This document shows, one piece after another, positions 52,702-64,000 of a stretch of 64,000 bases of DNA. A program made the translations under genes and the position numbers. The notes beneath the pieces were generated by a model, which was given only the letters and a program-made list of their open reading frames with translations, had not been told where the DNA came from and ran no database searches. Source of the DNA: Eledone cirrhosa (lineage: Eukaryota); assembly GCA_964016885.1 (NCBI GenBank), contig OZ024743.1, positions 9,610,001 to 9,674,000 on the forward strand. The letters run 5' to 3'. Each line of letters starts with the position of its first letter. Position 1 is the stretch's first letter.

Positions 52702-53892
52702 TTGAATTAGTATGGTATAGACAAGTACATATGTTGTTTAGGTGTATGATATTGTCAATACTCTGATATGCCCAGTTCCTTGTTGGGTTGTTAATTCACT
52801 GGGGAACTGGAGTCATATGAATTCAAACAAACGAATTTTAGTGTCACAGGTCCCCTTCTCCTCTCATTGGTCAGTTATTAGTGTTGTCATTGTTGGAGTT
52901 AGCTTAAAAATTGATAAAATGGTAGAAGGGACAAGGTGTTGAAGGAACAAAATATCAAAAAATGTGTCAAACTTCCCATTGTTCAGTTCTGAGAGCATTC
53001 CTCAGTCAGAAGTCTATAGAATTCTTTCTGGGGTGAGGCTCCCTGTAGTGTTTATGCCTGCTATTGTTCAGTACATTTGACCTCCACCATTATTTTGGTA
53101 CTGTTGTTGTTGTAGTGGTCAGCTTATATCTTGCTGCTGCTAACAATTTAGAAGTATTCAGTTTGTGTTTTCTCTTCATCCCACCCGCCACCATCGTAGT
53201 GGTGGTGGCGGGGGGGGGGGGTTATTTCATGTATATGAAGAAATATAAGGCAATAAATGAAGAAAACAGAAGATAAATAAATAATATAATAAAATAAAAT
53301 AATTAATATAATTTGTGTAATTTGAAAATAAATAAATAAATAGAGAATAAAGAATAAAGAGTAAATGAGAGATTGGTGAAAAAGTAATGATAATGTATAT
53401 GGAGAAGTGAGAAATAATGTAGGATAAAGTGTGTGTGTGTGTGTGCTATAACCAATCTCAAGGTCAGAATATGTTGGATAGATTGGTATGATACAAGATG
53501 TTAAGATGAGATATTCAATGTGTTTGTGTTATAATCTATCTCAACTTAAAATAAATATAAATATAAGGTTATACAGTGAAGAGGGCAGAAAACAAATAAC
53601 AAATTAATATAGAGAAATCAAGATTTAAGATTGGAACTTTAAAGTCAGAAATCTGGAAAATTAAAAGTGTTGTGTTATAGATGTTGGCCAGATTATTATG
53701 GCTGTGTCCGATTCTGTCTCTAGGCTATCATGGTGTCTGCTCCGCCTGGGTTGTTCCCTATGGCTTGAGGGGAGTTCACAACCTAGGGTGTTGTAATTGT
53801 CCATATAGCTTGAGGGAGGTCTGGCCGTGAGGTGTTTTCATGTTCTGTAGAAGTCCCTATAGCTTGAGGGGAGTTCACATCTTCTTGTGTTG

Positions 53893-56569
53893 CTACTGTC
53901 CATATATTTTGAGAAAGGTCCCGGCTCTAAGGTGTCTGCATGTCCCGAAGAAGTCGGTTCTGAGGTTTATCAGGCCGCTTCCACCTCTTAGTATCTCGAG
54001 GGTCTCGTTCAGGCATAGTTTGCATATGCAAGATCCCCCTTTATCGGGTGGTACTTTCCTGATTATGTACCAGGCCAGAGAGTATGGGGTCCTGTCCAGC
54101 TTAAGCTTCCAGATCAGGTCGGAGAGAGCTGTGCTTTTCCTTTTGGCCTCCTTCTTGAATGAATGGCGATGGTTGTACCAGCGGTCCTTAAAGCTCGTTG
54201 ATGTGGCTCCTATGTAGAGGTGTTCGGAGTTGGGGGTTTTAACCCTACAACCGTACACTATGTTCTTCTTGAGACATTCCTTACCAAGGGGGCATGATTC
54301 GGGGTTTCTACAGTTGCAGAGGGTGGGCGGCCTCTGCGTGCTTAGATTAGGGTTCTCATTATGTGTTACATGTTGGTCTTCCCCCATGCTCGGTGGGGGG
54401 TCCTTGGATCTGTTTGTGTTTCTTGGGTGGGCTCTGGGTCCCCCCTTCCCTCCTTTCACATGGTTCTGCTGAGTGTTTGTATTGCCATCTTCTGGTTGTG
54501 TGTGGTTTTTAAGCCTACTTCTGTTGATGCTAGCTATGTGTTGGGCCAAATTTCTCGTGGTGGAATACGAAAGCTTCACAGTGTGTCTGTTGAAGATCCT
54601 GTGGTATCTGTGGTCCCTCGGGAAGCATTTGTCAAGTGCTCCAAAGAACAATCGGGCCAAGCTTTTCTTTAGGGCCGCTGAGTAGGGTGGGTTGTACCAC
54701 GTGATTTGTCGGTGTCTCCTCCTATATGTGTGGGTTGGGGGCTTCGTGATTTATTGGAGATTTGTTGGTTTGCTGGTGGTTTCCGCACTGTTGCTTCCCT
54801 TTTGGGCTCTATACTTTCTGTTATCTTCACGGCCCGGATTTGTGGGGTGGTTGTTGTCTGCCCCGGAAGATCCATCGTGGGGTGGTCGCCCGTTTCCTCC
54901 CCCCCCCCCACGTGTCCTGCGGTTGGGGTTGTCCGTCCTGGGGTAGTTAGCATCACGCCTGAGACTGCTACTCATATTGTGCTCCATCTTGTGGTCAAGC
55001 GCACTAGTCCCCACCGCCCGTGTGGTGGTGTCTGGTACATGGTGCCTATTTTGCTCTGCCTGTATTGTTAGGGTTCGCCCTCTCCCCTCTGGTAACGCGG
55101 TTGTGGGTGTCTGTTGGGCTATCCACCTCCCGGCTTTTCGGACTATATGTTATATTTTGTCCATGTGCCGCCTTCTTTAGAGCTGCGTTGTAATATTCCG
55201 CGTGGTTGTTGAATATTTCCTTACTTGCGGACAGGCTGGAGATCCTGTCCGAGACACTCTTCACCACTGCCTTGGTTATGGATCTAGGGTGGTTTGATTT
55301 GGCGTTAACATATACTAGTTTCTCGTTGGGCTTGTGGTAGGGGTAGTATTGCTCGGTGTTCAGGTTTAGGGTGGTGTCTAGGAAGTTAACTACCTTCCTA
55401 TTTGGGTCTATTTCTATGCTGAGCCCCTGGTTCTTAAAGAAATGGCGAATACGCCTCCTCATACCCTCCAACATATTGGTGCTGTGGTCATGTACTGTGA
55501 ATAGAGCATCGTCACGATATAATCCGCCGCCCAGGCAGGGGATTTCATCTTTTATCTGCTTCAGCAGGTAGAGCCCGACCAGGTCCGTTACCTGCGCTGA
55601 GTCGCTGGAGCCCATCGTGATGTCAAAGTTATTTGGCCAATCACTCCTGGTCCACAGGTCTCCATCGAAGCGGATTAAGGTCTTTCTTGCGGCGTGGATG
55701 ATGCTCACCTCCTCTCGGGTTAGGTCCGTATTGGACATCGCTAAAAATAGGGCCTTATTAAGTACTATGGGTGAGATTGAGGAGTAGTAGCTTGCGATGT
55801 CCAGTTGTATAAAGCTGGTCCTACTTTTCTCCTGCAGTATTTTGAACCATTCTATTACTTCTCTCGTGCATGACCATTGCTGTAATTTGGTTTTTTTCCG
55901 AAGCTTGGGCAAAATCCTATCCAGTATTCTTTTACTGACGATCCCTAGGTCAGATCTGGAGGGGGCTATTAGTCTGACAGGGAGGTCGGACTCAAAGTTT
56001 GACTTGTGGTCTTTAAGGGTAATCCGCGGCTTCCTTGGTTGGTATGGGGCCGTCCTGTCCTCTATGCCGATTCTGGATATAATCCTGTAAGCTGTGGCAT
56101 TGATCTCATCCAGGGTAAATCCAGGTGTTTTTTTGTAGCACTTCCTCAGTTCCCTGAGGATTAGCTTATTGTACAGTTCAGTGTTCATGTTGTAGAGGTT
56201 GTTTGTTTTGTCAGCATGGACAAGTATTCCAGTTGTCCCTTTAAGTACTGTAATCCGGTTTCTCAGGTGTCTGAGGTACTCCTGACTTCTGGTTGGGTTT
56301 CCGGAGAATTTGAGGTTGGATATGATGTTAATCATCTCGTTTTCAAACTCCTCCATTAGTCTGTTATGGGGGGGATTCCTCCTTGATCGAAAAAGGTACT
56401 CCATGTTTTCTGTGTTTGTAGTTTTCTGCGTTCCTCTTTCGAAGTGGAACGCCTTCCATCTCATCCTACGGATGAGGGAGTCCGTACTCTTGATGAGATC
56501 ACTGGTGTATTCTCGTTTATCAGGTAGGGGGATGTCCTTCAGTGACGCTAAGGTTGCCAGTTTATCCAT
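53893..56569 (-). pseudogene. PLE RT plus GIY-YIG endonuclease, with one frameshift (~55050) and one TAA (54751) in the linker
   Basis: SLKDIP...RMRWKA, ADKTNN, QLDIASYY, MGSSDSAQVTDL, YRDDAL, FLDTTL, WYNPPY, CNC...CP, IVY...YIGATSTSFKDRWYNH, CKLC. Confidence 0.92.
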
Positions 56570-57372
56570 AGTGACTTAGGTCCGCTACTGTTTGAAGCGC
56601 TCAACCCGTGTGGGAGCTAGATAGATTTTGAGTTTATGTTGGTTGTATACCAACACCTCAGTATGCAGGCTGGAGCACTCGACGAAGTGCGCAGGTTGGT
56701 TTGGTTACTCCGGAGTAGTGTAAAATAAAGTTAAATAAAAGTCAAATGATTAAAATTTAGCTTCGTTTATTACTGCTATATATATTTCAGTGACAGCCAT
56801 CTTTGGCTGTGACCTCTTCAGGCAGTTTGAATTAGTATGGTATAGACAAGTACATATGTTGTTTAGGTGTATGATATTGTCAATACTCTGATATGCCCAG
56901 TTCCTTGTTGGGTTGTTAATTCACTGGGGAACTGGAGTCATATGAATTCAAACAAACGAATTTTAGTGTCACAGGTCCCCTTCTCCTCTCATTGGTCAGT
57001 TATTAGTGTTGTCATGTGGGGACCTGTGACACTAAAATTCGTTTGTTTGAATTCATATGACTCCAGTTCCCCAGTGAATTAACAACCCAACAAGGAACTG
57101 GGCATATCAGAGTATTGACAATATCATACACCTAAACAACATATGTACTTGTCTATACCATACTAATTCAAACTGCCTGAAGAGGTCACATCCAAAGATG
57201 GCTGTCACTGAAATATATATAGCAGTAATAAACGAAGCTAAATTTTAATCATTTGACTTTTATTTAACTTTATTTTACACTACTCCGGAGTAACCAAACC
57301 AACCTGCGCACTTCGTCGAGTGCTCCAGCCTGCATACTGAGGTGTTGGTATACAACCAACATAAACTAAAAA

Positions 57373-57411
<39 letters not shown>

Positions 57412-57417
57412 GTTTAC

Positions 57418-58291
57418 ATATACATAAACATAAAGTCATAGATATATACGTTGCAACCGGTCACGTTGTAGCTCTATGAAGAATTAATAAATTAAATAAT
57501 CAGAGCAATATATCATAAATCATGTCCTTAGAATTATTAGATAAAATATATACCATGTCCTCTCCCAATTAACCATATAAAAAATCAATTAGACCAAGCT
57601 ATAAGAATAAAGGCTCTTATGAAGAAATTTCCGACAAATAACCGAAAGCGGCCTCTTCGCGGTGGCCCCAATAGAGTATTTAACCAACATTTCGACAGCG
57701 TGTAGACATTGACTAAATATACCATCAACCATACACAATTAGGTGCAAATTCAAACTTAGATGAAATGTGTACATACCGTAATTATATCTCTTCCATGGT
57801 TTCATCCGTATTTTTAGACATCCAACTAATAGGATATGTCTGGAGTATCGGATTCATCAGGAGACAAACTCAAAATTAGACATTTAGTTTTCCAAAGTGA
57901 TCGCGCCAAAAATAGATTTTAAAATGGCTAAGAATCGTGACGTGGCAGTGGTCAAGTTAGAAAGAATGTGATTAGTTGCTTACGGCTGGTAGGCTTGTTG
58001 CTAGAAAGCGCAGCCAAATATACATAAACATAAAGTCATAGATATATATATGTTGCAACCGGTCACGTTGTAGCTCTATGAAGAATTAATAAATTAAATA
58101 ATCAGAGCAATATATCATAAATCATGTCCTTAGAATTATTATTTGTCGGTTATTTGTCGGAAATTTCTTCATAAGAGCCTTTATTCTTATAGCTTGGTCT
58201 AATTGATTTTTTTATATGGTTAATTATGCTAATTGGGAGAGGAAATGGTATATATTTTATCTAATAATTCTAAGGACATGATTTATGATAT
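57418..58291 (-). mobile_element. Retrozyme-like ~600-bp family, subfamily 2: 1.2 tandem units plus an inverted arm
   Basis: 57418-57540 repeats at 58018-58141 (period 600). 58146-58291 mirrors ~57508-57645. Hammerhead at 57787-57865 (-) has its cleavage triplet changed to GAA. Confidence 0.8.
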
Positions 58292-58300
58292 ATATATATA

Positions 58301-59211
58301 TTTACACATACACCAATTAAACAAAGTCACAGGTATATATGTATTTTGGCAACTTTTCACGATGTGGCTCAATGGAGAATCAATAAATTAATCAGAGCAA
58401 AATACTATAGAGTAAAGCATGTCCAGAGAATTATTTGATAATATATATACATCATCTCTACTCCCAATCAGCATAATTAACCACACAAAAAATCAATTAG
58501 ACCAAGCTATAAGAATAAAAGGCATCTATGAAGAAACAGCTATAGAATATTTACCCAGCATTTCAACAGCACGTGGAAATTAATTAAATATACGGTTAAC
58601 CATACATAATTAGGTAAAAATCAATGTTAGAAATGCTTATATACATACCAGCATTAAATCACTAAATCCCGACCCGAGTTTAGAGCTCTTCAGGGGATAA
58701 ACTCGTTAGGACATATTATTTTCCGAAGTGGCCCCCGCCAAACACGAATTTAAAATGGTTGAGAACTGTGACGTGGCAATGGTCAAGTCAGGAAGGGTGT
58801 GATTGGTTGCTTACGGCGAGTGGGTTGGTTGCTAGAAAGCGCAGCCCAATATCGCCAAGTTTTTATCTCAAACTTATGGGAGATTATTAAATATAAATAT
58901 TTACACATACACCAATTATACCAAGTCACAGGTATATATGTGTTTTGGCAACTTTTCACGATGTGGCTCAATGGAGAGTTAATAAATTAATCAGAGCGAA
59001 ATACTATAGAGTAAAGCATGTCCAGAGAATTATTTGATAATATATATACATCATCTCTACTCCCAATCAGCATAATTAACCACACAAATATCAATTAGAC
59101 CAGGCTATAAGAATAAAAGGCATCTATGAAGAAACAGTAAATAAACACGCTATTGTGGCGTCTTCGCGTACAACCGCTATAGAATATTTACCCAGCTTTA
59201 CTCTATAGTAT
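58301..59211 (-). mobile_element. Retrozyme-like ~600-bp family, subfamily 3: 1.5 tandem units plus a short inverted end; another piece at ~59930-60196 (+)
   Basis: 58301 onward repeats at 58900 onward (period ~599). Damaged hammerhead atccc-CTGAAGA-gctc-TAAAC-tcgg-GTC-gggat at 58666-58698 (-). Confidence 0.78.
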
Positions 59212-59711
59212 ATATGTATATATACATATATATATGTAGATCACTGATGAAGGACTAATTTTATTCATATGTAACCCTTGTGCAACCACGCAGCACGCCA
59301 TTTTTCATATATGTATATGTTCTTCTGCATCCTCCTGCATTGAACCACCTAGGTACTATGACATAACTTATGTATTTGCTAGCATTAGTGTACATCTGTA
59401 CGCATATGTTGGTAGATATACTAATTCTCTATATTTATCTCCAAATTATTTATTTGTTGAGCAAACCTGCCAAATCCACTACTAATTCATTGGTGTGGTA
59501 GTAGGCTTTTGTCATCTTACCAACCCACTCCTTCCGACTAGCCTCAGTGTCACGTGATTGATTCTTTAGAATCTGCCATTTGACCAGAGACAGCGAACTT
59601 TTTCAGTGCATGGAATCCAGTCCCCGCTAGCTGTTCCATCCACCGAATTATTATTATTTTTATATGAGTCCCTAGTGTCCGCGCATTGCCTGGAGACTTA
59701 GCTGAGAATAG

Positions 59712-59793
59712 ACTCCCTGATGACGTAATAAATTCTCGATGGTTATATTACGTAACTATCTTTATCCCATTACAGAAACTAATTAGTTGGAGT
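59712..59793 (+). ncRNA. Type I hammerhead ribozyme with extended stem II
   Basis: actcc-CTGATGA-c-gtaat[...]attac-a-GAAAC-taatta-GTT-ggagt; palindromic stem III (actaattagt). Confidence 0.8.
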
Positions 59794-59854
59794 GAAAATT
59801 TTAGTAAGTAAGTTAATTTTTAATTTTTTTTAAAATTTTTTCTTATTTTACGTC

Positions 59855-59920
<66 letters not shown>

Positions 59921-60698
59921 GTATATAATCCTGGTATGTATATAAGCATTTCTAACTTTAATTTTACCTAATTATGTATGGTTGACCGTATATTTAATTA
60001 ATTTCCACGTGGTGTTGAAATGTGGGGTAAATATTCTATAGCGGTTGCGTATTTATTTACTGCTTCTTCATAGATGCCTTTTATTCTTATAGCCTGGTTT
60101 AATTGATTTTTTGTGTGGTTAATTATGCTGATTGGGAGTAGAGATGATTATATATACTATCAAATAATTCTCTGGACATGCTTTACTCTATAGTATATAT
60201 ATATATATATATCTGTGTGCATTCACCGTGAGTATTTATATATATATATGTACTTCAGTGTGTTTCAGGACAAGAAGGATCATCCATGCGTCTACGTTGC
60301 TAGGCAATCTAAACCCTAACTATATATATGTGAGTGGGTGTGTGTGATTGTGAGTATGTGATATTCAATGATAGAATATTCATGTATGGTGACAACATAT
60401 GAGAAAGAAACACAACAGGTTATCTTTAATATATGGCTACTTATAATAACAATAATGCCAACTAACGCTCATTTTTACAGATGTTGATACTGGAAAGCTA
60501 TCGATCATCGATAGATTTAAGAAAATCTTTGCTTCAATGAAATCACGAGCGTTTCGCAAGGAAATATGATATCACGTTTAAAATGTTATTATATTAGCAC
60601 TGACAATAACACGTGTACATCACTTACACTCACATGCCACACACATTCTCACACCCGACACATGCACAAACACACATGCGCACACTTACATACACACA

Positions 60699-60771
<73 letters not shown>

Positions 60772-60827
60772 TTAATTATCAGTCCTTCATGTTCTCCAAA
60801 TACCAGCCTGAAATATTTGTGTGTTTT

Positions 60828-60893
<66 letters not shown>

Positions 60894-60959
60894 AGTTGTT
60901 GTTATTGAACGTTTTGTAATATCTAGAGGACCTCGTTGTTAATGAATCGAACATCACGA

Positions 60960-62345
60960 AAAGGGATGGCAGACACCGTTCTAAAGAAATATGAGAGGGT
61001 AAGAGGAGCAAAACTCAGCCCAGGCAATTGGTGGGTTTAGAACTCGGCATCTGGAGAGGCAACTTAATGCCATCAGACATGTCGTAATGCGCTGGACAGA
61101 TAAACAAATGAAGTTGTTACTGATCTGGATCGGACCAGACCTCCAGGATAGTAAGAACGTGGACGAAGTTACGAGCAGGGTAGTTAATCCCACTCTCTCT
61201 CAGGCCGAGTAGAGAGCATTTCTTAAAGATTGAGAAGTATAATGGTTCTTTTGTGTTTTACCACATGACTATCTTGCCATGCACTTGTCTACATATCACC
61301 AGATAGGAATATCCTGTTTTTCTCCACATGTGGACAGACCATCTTGGCTGATGATGTACACACATGCACTGACGTTGCGGCTGTTATAGACTTTCCTAAA
61401 TGTATTCGCTCAATGCCAGGCCCTTATTTATACAAATCACCTCGTTGACAGAGCTGCTGTCCTGAGCGACAGGCATCTGGAATGTATACACGTGTTTACA
61501 ATCACATACTGGTCAGTCAATACGGTCGGTGGAACTATCATATTAGCATTCCATAAATTATTAGTAGCAGTGGGGGAGAACGATGATGTTCTCGGAGTTA
61601 AAATAGTGCTACAAAAAGGCACTACCAGTTTGAGAGAAGCTCTACCAGCACGAAGGTTCCAAAAGCCAGAACAGTCCGAGATGCATGCAGAGCGTCGAAA
61701 CCGTGTGGAATACTATCACCTAGTGACCACGCATTATAGAGTTGTGGGCGTGCGTCGAACAATTGTTATCACGCGTAGAACCCATCCACATATCAGCCAG
61801 GTCAATTTTGAAAATAGAACAATTACTTTCTTTTAGAATAGTGCCACAGCAACTCATCCTCTACCTGATAGCTATGGTGAAGGGAGCTGCATGATGGATT
61901 CACTTAAAATGATTGAAGCCTCGGATGCTTCTCCCGGTTAAGTCTTAATCAACTCCTTTAAGTTCACTTGGGGAGGAAAGTGATGGTAGTGAGTGCGATG
62001 CTGTCTTCTTGAGTGTTTTATGAAAGATAGGTAAGAGCGGCAAGATTGACTATGTTGAATAGGCCTACTCTGACAGGAGTAAAGAAACCGGGAGAGGGCC
62101 CTTTCAATGTTCCTGCGGCAACAAAACCATATAGGGATTTATGTGAGGTTTTGCCTGGGATTATCGTAGGCACATTTGTTATTCTTTTCATTCGTTATCA
62201 TGACTTTTTGTTATCATTAGTGTTACTGCTATATTTACTGTTTTCTATTTATTTATGTCTCCTTTTCTTTACTCGATGTAAACCCACTCTGTATTGACTT
62301 TCGTCCTTGCAAGTCCCCAAAGTCATAGGTCCTTCTGGCTAATAT
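60960..62345 (+). mobile_element. Old, decayed Tx1 ORF2 3' half and UTR
   Basis: GLELGIWRGNLMPS...WTDKQMKLLLIWIGPDLQ..KNVDEVTSRV aligns with GLQLGTWRGRSMPS...KNWDEVTSRV of copy A. Confidence 0.7.
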
Positions 62346-63644
62346 ATAATCACTATCATTCAGAAAATCTGATAATTATTGTAGCGTTATTCTTATGATT
62401 GTTGCTTCTCCTGATATTTTTTTTATTGTTGCTATCTTGCTGATTAAATCTATTATAGGTTTTTATTAGTATATACTATTATATATTCACTAATACATCC
62501 TTAGTGTCCTCCAGGTGTAACATAATTTTCTTTTACTAAAAGCTAAAGTAAATACAAATATCAATTAAATTGAGAATTTACAAATGATTAGATATTTCTT
62601 AAAAGTTTTATAAAAAAAAAGAACCAGAACTAAAATAAAACAAGAAATATATTTTTCTTCAATAACGTTTCAATGATTCATAGTAATTTACAACTTCCTG
62701 ACGCCTGTTATAAAAGAAAAAATATCCAATGCTTTAGAAAGAACTACATAATTGCCTTGTTGATGAGAAAGTCAACTTCTCGCAGATATATTGTTTAATT
62801 AATTTTGCATTAAATTTCATGTAAACACTCCACAATCAGAACTGCGAAGTTATTCAATAAATACCGATATAATGAACAATTTTACTATCAGATGCTAACA
62901 ATGAAGTTCAGCTTTGTCAAATCAATAATACATTTTATCTTTTGTTTATTCACTCGTTTTTTTTTTATCGGGGCTTTCATTAATTAATGTATATATGGCG
63001 CCATAATTTTTCAACGATGATTTGAGTGGACATATTTAGAAATTATAATGGACAGTATATTATCTAGCAGGACACACCGACATTATTCCATATTCTAATC
63101 TTCGGTATTTCTCTTTCGAATATCTTAATAAATTATTTAGCAGTTTCGAGCCTTAGGTGTGCGCCTCATCGAAGTCTTTATCCTTCTACATCGTTATTTT
63201 TGAAAATCCATAATCCGACAACATTTAAGATTTAACTGATTTAGTACAAATAAAGCTGGCAGCTTGAAGTTTATTGGTTAATTTGAATTTGTATTTGATT
63301 TTGCATGCTACCTCTACGTGTTGCAACTTGTGGCTGTTTCCGAATCTTATTTATTTTTTCTTTGTAATTTTGGCCGCCGCAGAGAAGCATTAGTTTACTT
63401 GAATTGTTCATCGTTTTTATATGCAAATAATTTATTGATTCATGTAAATGACAGATTCGGACTATAAAAATTATCTAAGGTATGAGATAGTATCAATGAG
63501 TTAAAGATGCTTTGGTAGAAGAGAAATAAGAGTGGGATGCTCAATAAATTATAAGACTCATAGACATATGTATATCTGTGCACTGGTCTTTACCACGCTG
63601 ATATATCTACCTATTGTACCTCCTGACTGACAGAGAGAAGGAAG

Positions 63645-63900
63645 TAGAATTTAAACTCAGAACGCAAGGAGCCGGATTAAATATCACGAATAATTCCGTT
63701 CTGCCCCTTAACAATTCCACCAATCCACCGATTTTGAGGGTCGTACGCGATGTATTTACACGGCCCTTTCCATTCTGAGTTCAAATCCCGCCAAGGTTAA
63801 CTTTGCCTTTCATCCCTACGGGGTCGATAAAATAAAGTACCAGTAATACACTGGGTAATTGCTGGCCTTGTGCCATTGTGCAAAAGTAGAAACAATTATT
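63645..63900. mobile_element. SINE cluster: old minus-strand head (~63645-63730) next to a plus-strand copy (~63735-63900)
   Basis: ccaatccaccg (minus head); gagttcaaatcccgcc...gtagaaacaattatt. Confidence 0.8.
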
Positions 63901-64000
63901 TATTCATTTTGAATGGATAAAGCCAAAGTTAATCTCAATGGAAATTGAACGTAGGGGGCAAACATCCAGTTCAAATGAGCAAATATTTAACTCAATGCTC

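Larger units (their letters stand above)
52596..57378 (-). mobile_element. Full-length Penelope-like element (Naiad-like) with 295-bp direct pLTR repeats and an inverted 5' arm, in (TA)n
   Basis: 52596-52890 matches 56721-57015; 57018-57378 mirrors 56621-56980; RT-EN coding region 53893-56569. Confidence 0.94.

Noticed and set aside
63135-63180. Minus-strand CGATGAG...CTCGAAAC hammerhead remnant
   Set aside because: Core altered and no stem I or cleavage triplet.

Overview
Repeat-saturated, AT-rich animal genomic DNA with many (TA)n/(CA)n microsatellites and no recognisable host exon. The dominant tRNA-derived SINE resembles the abundant octopus SINE, so an octopod origin is likely (inference only). 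The window holds five Tx1/L1-type LINE copies or fragments, CR1-, RTE-, CRE- and mariner-type relics, and about ten SINE copies. Its main feature is a dense set of Penelope-like elements (PLEs). Two are long RT+GIY-YIG elements (17701-21480 and 52596-57378); the rest are truncated pieces and small non-coding fold-back units, almost all sitting in (TA)n tracts with the element 3' ends pointing outward. Read as RNA, these units contain over 20 type-I hammerhead ribozyme motifs (intact, variant or decayed) in roughly a dozen sequence contexts. Two groups are ORF-free, hammerhead-bearing tandem units (468 bp and ~600 bp) that look like non-autonomous, circular-RNA-type retrozymes mobilised by PLE enzymes. 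All structures and coordinates were read by eye and need computational confirmation.
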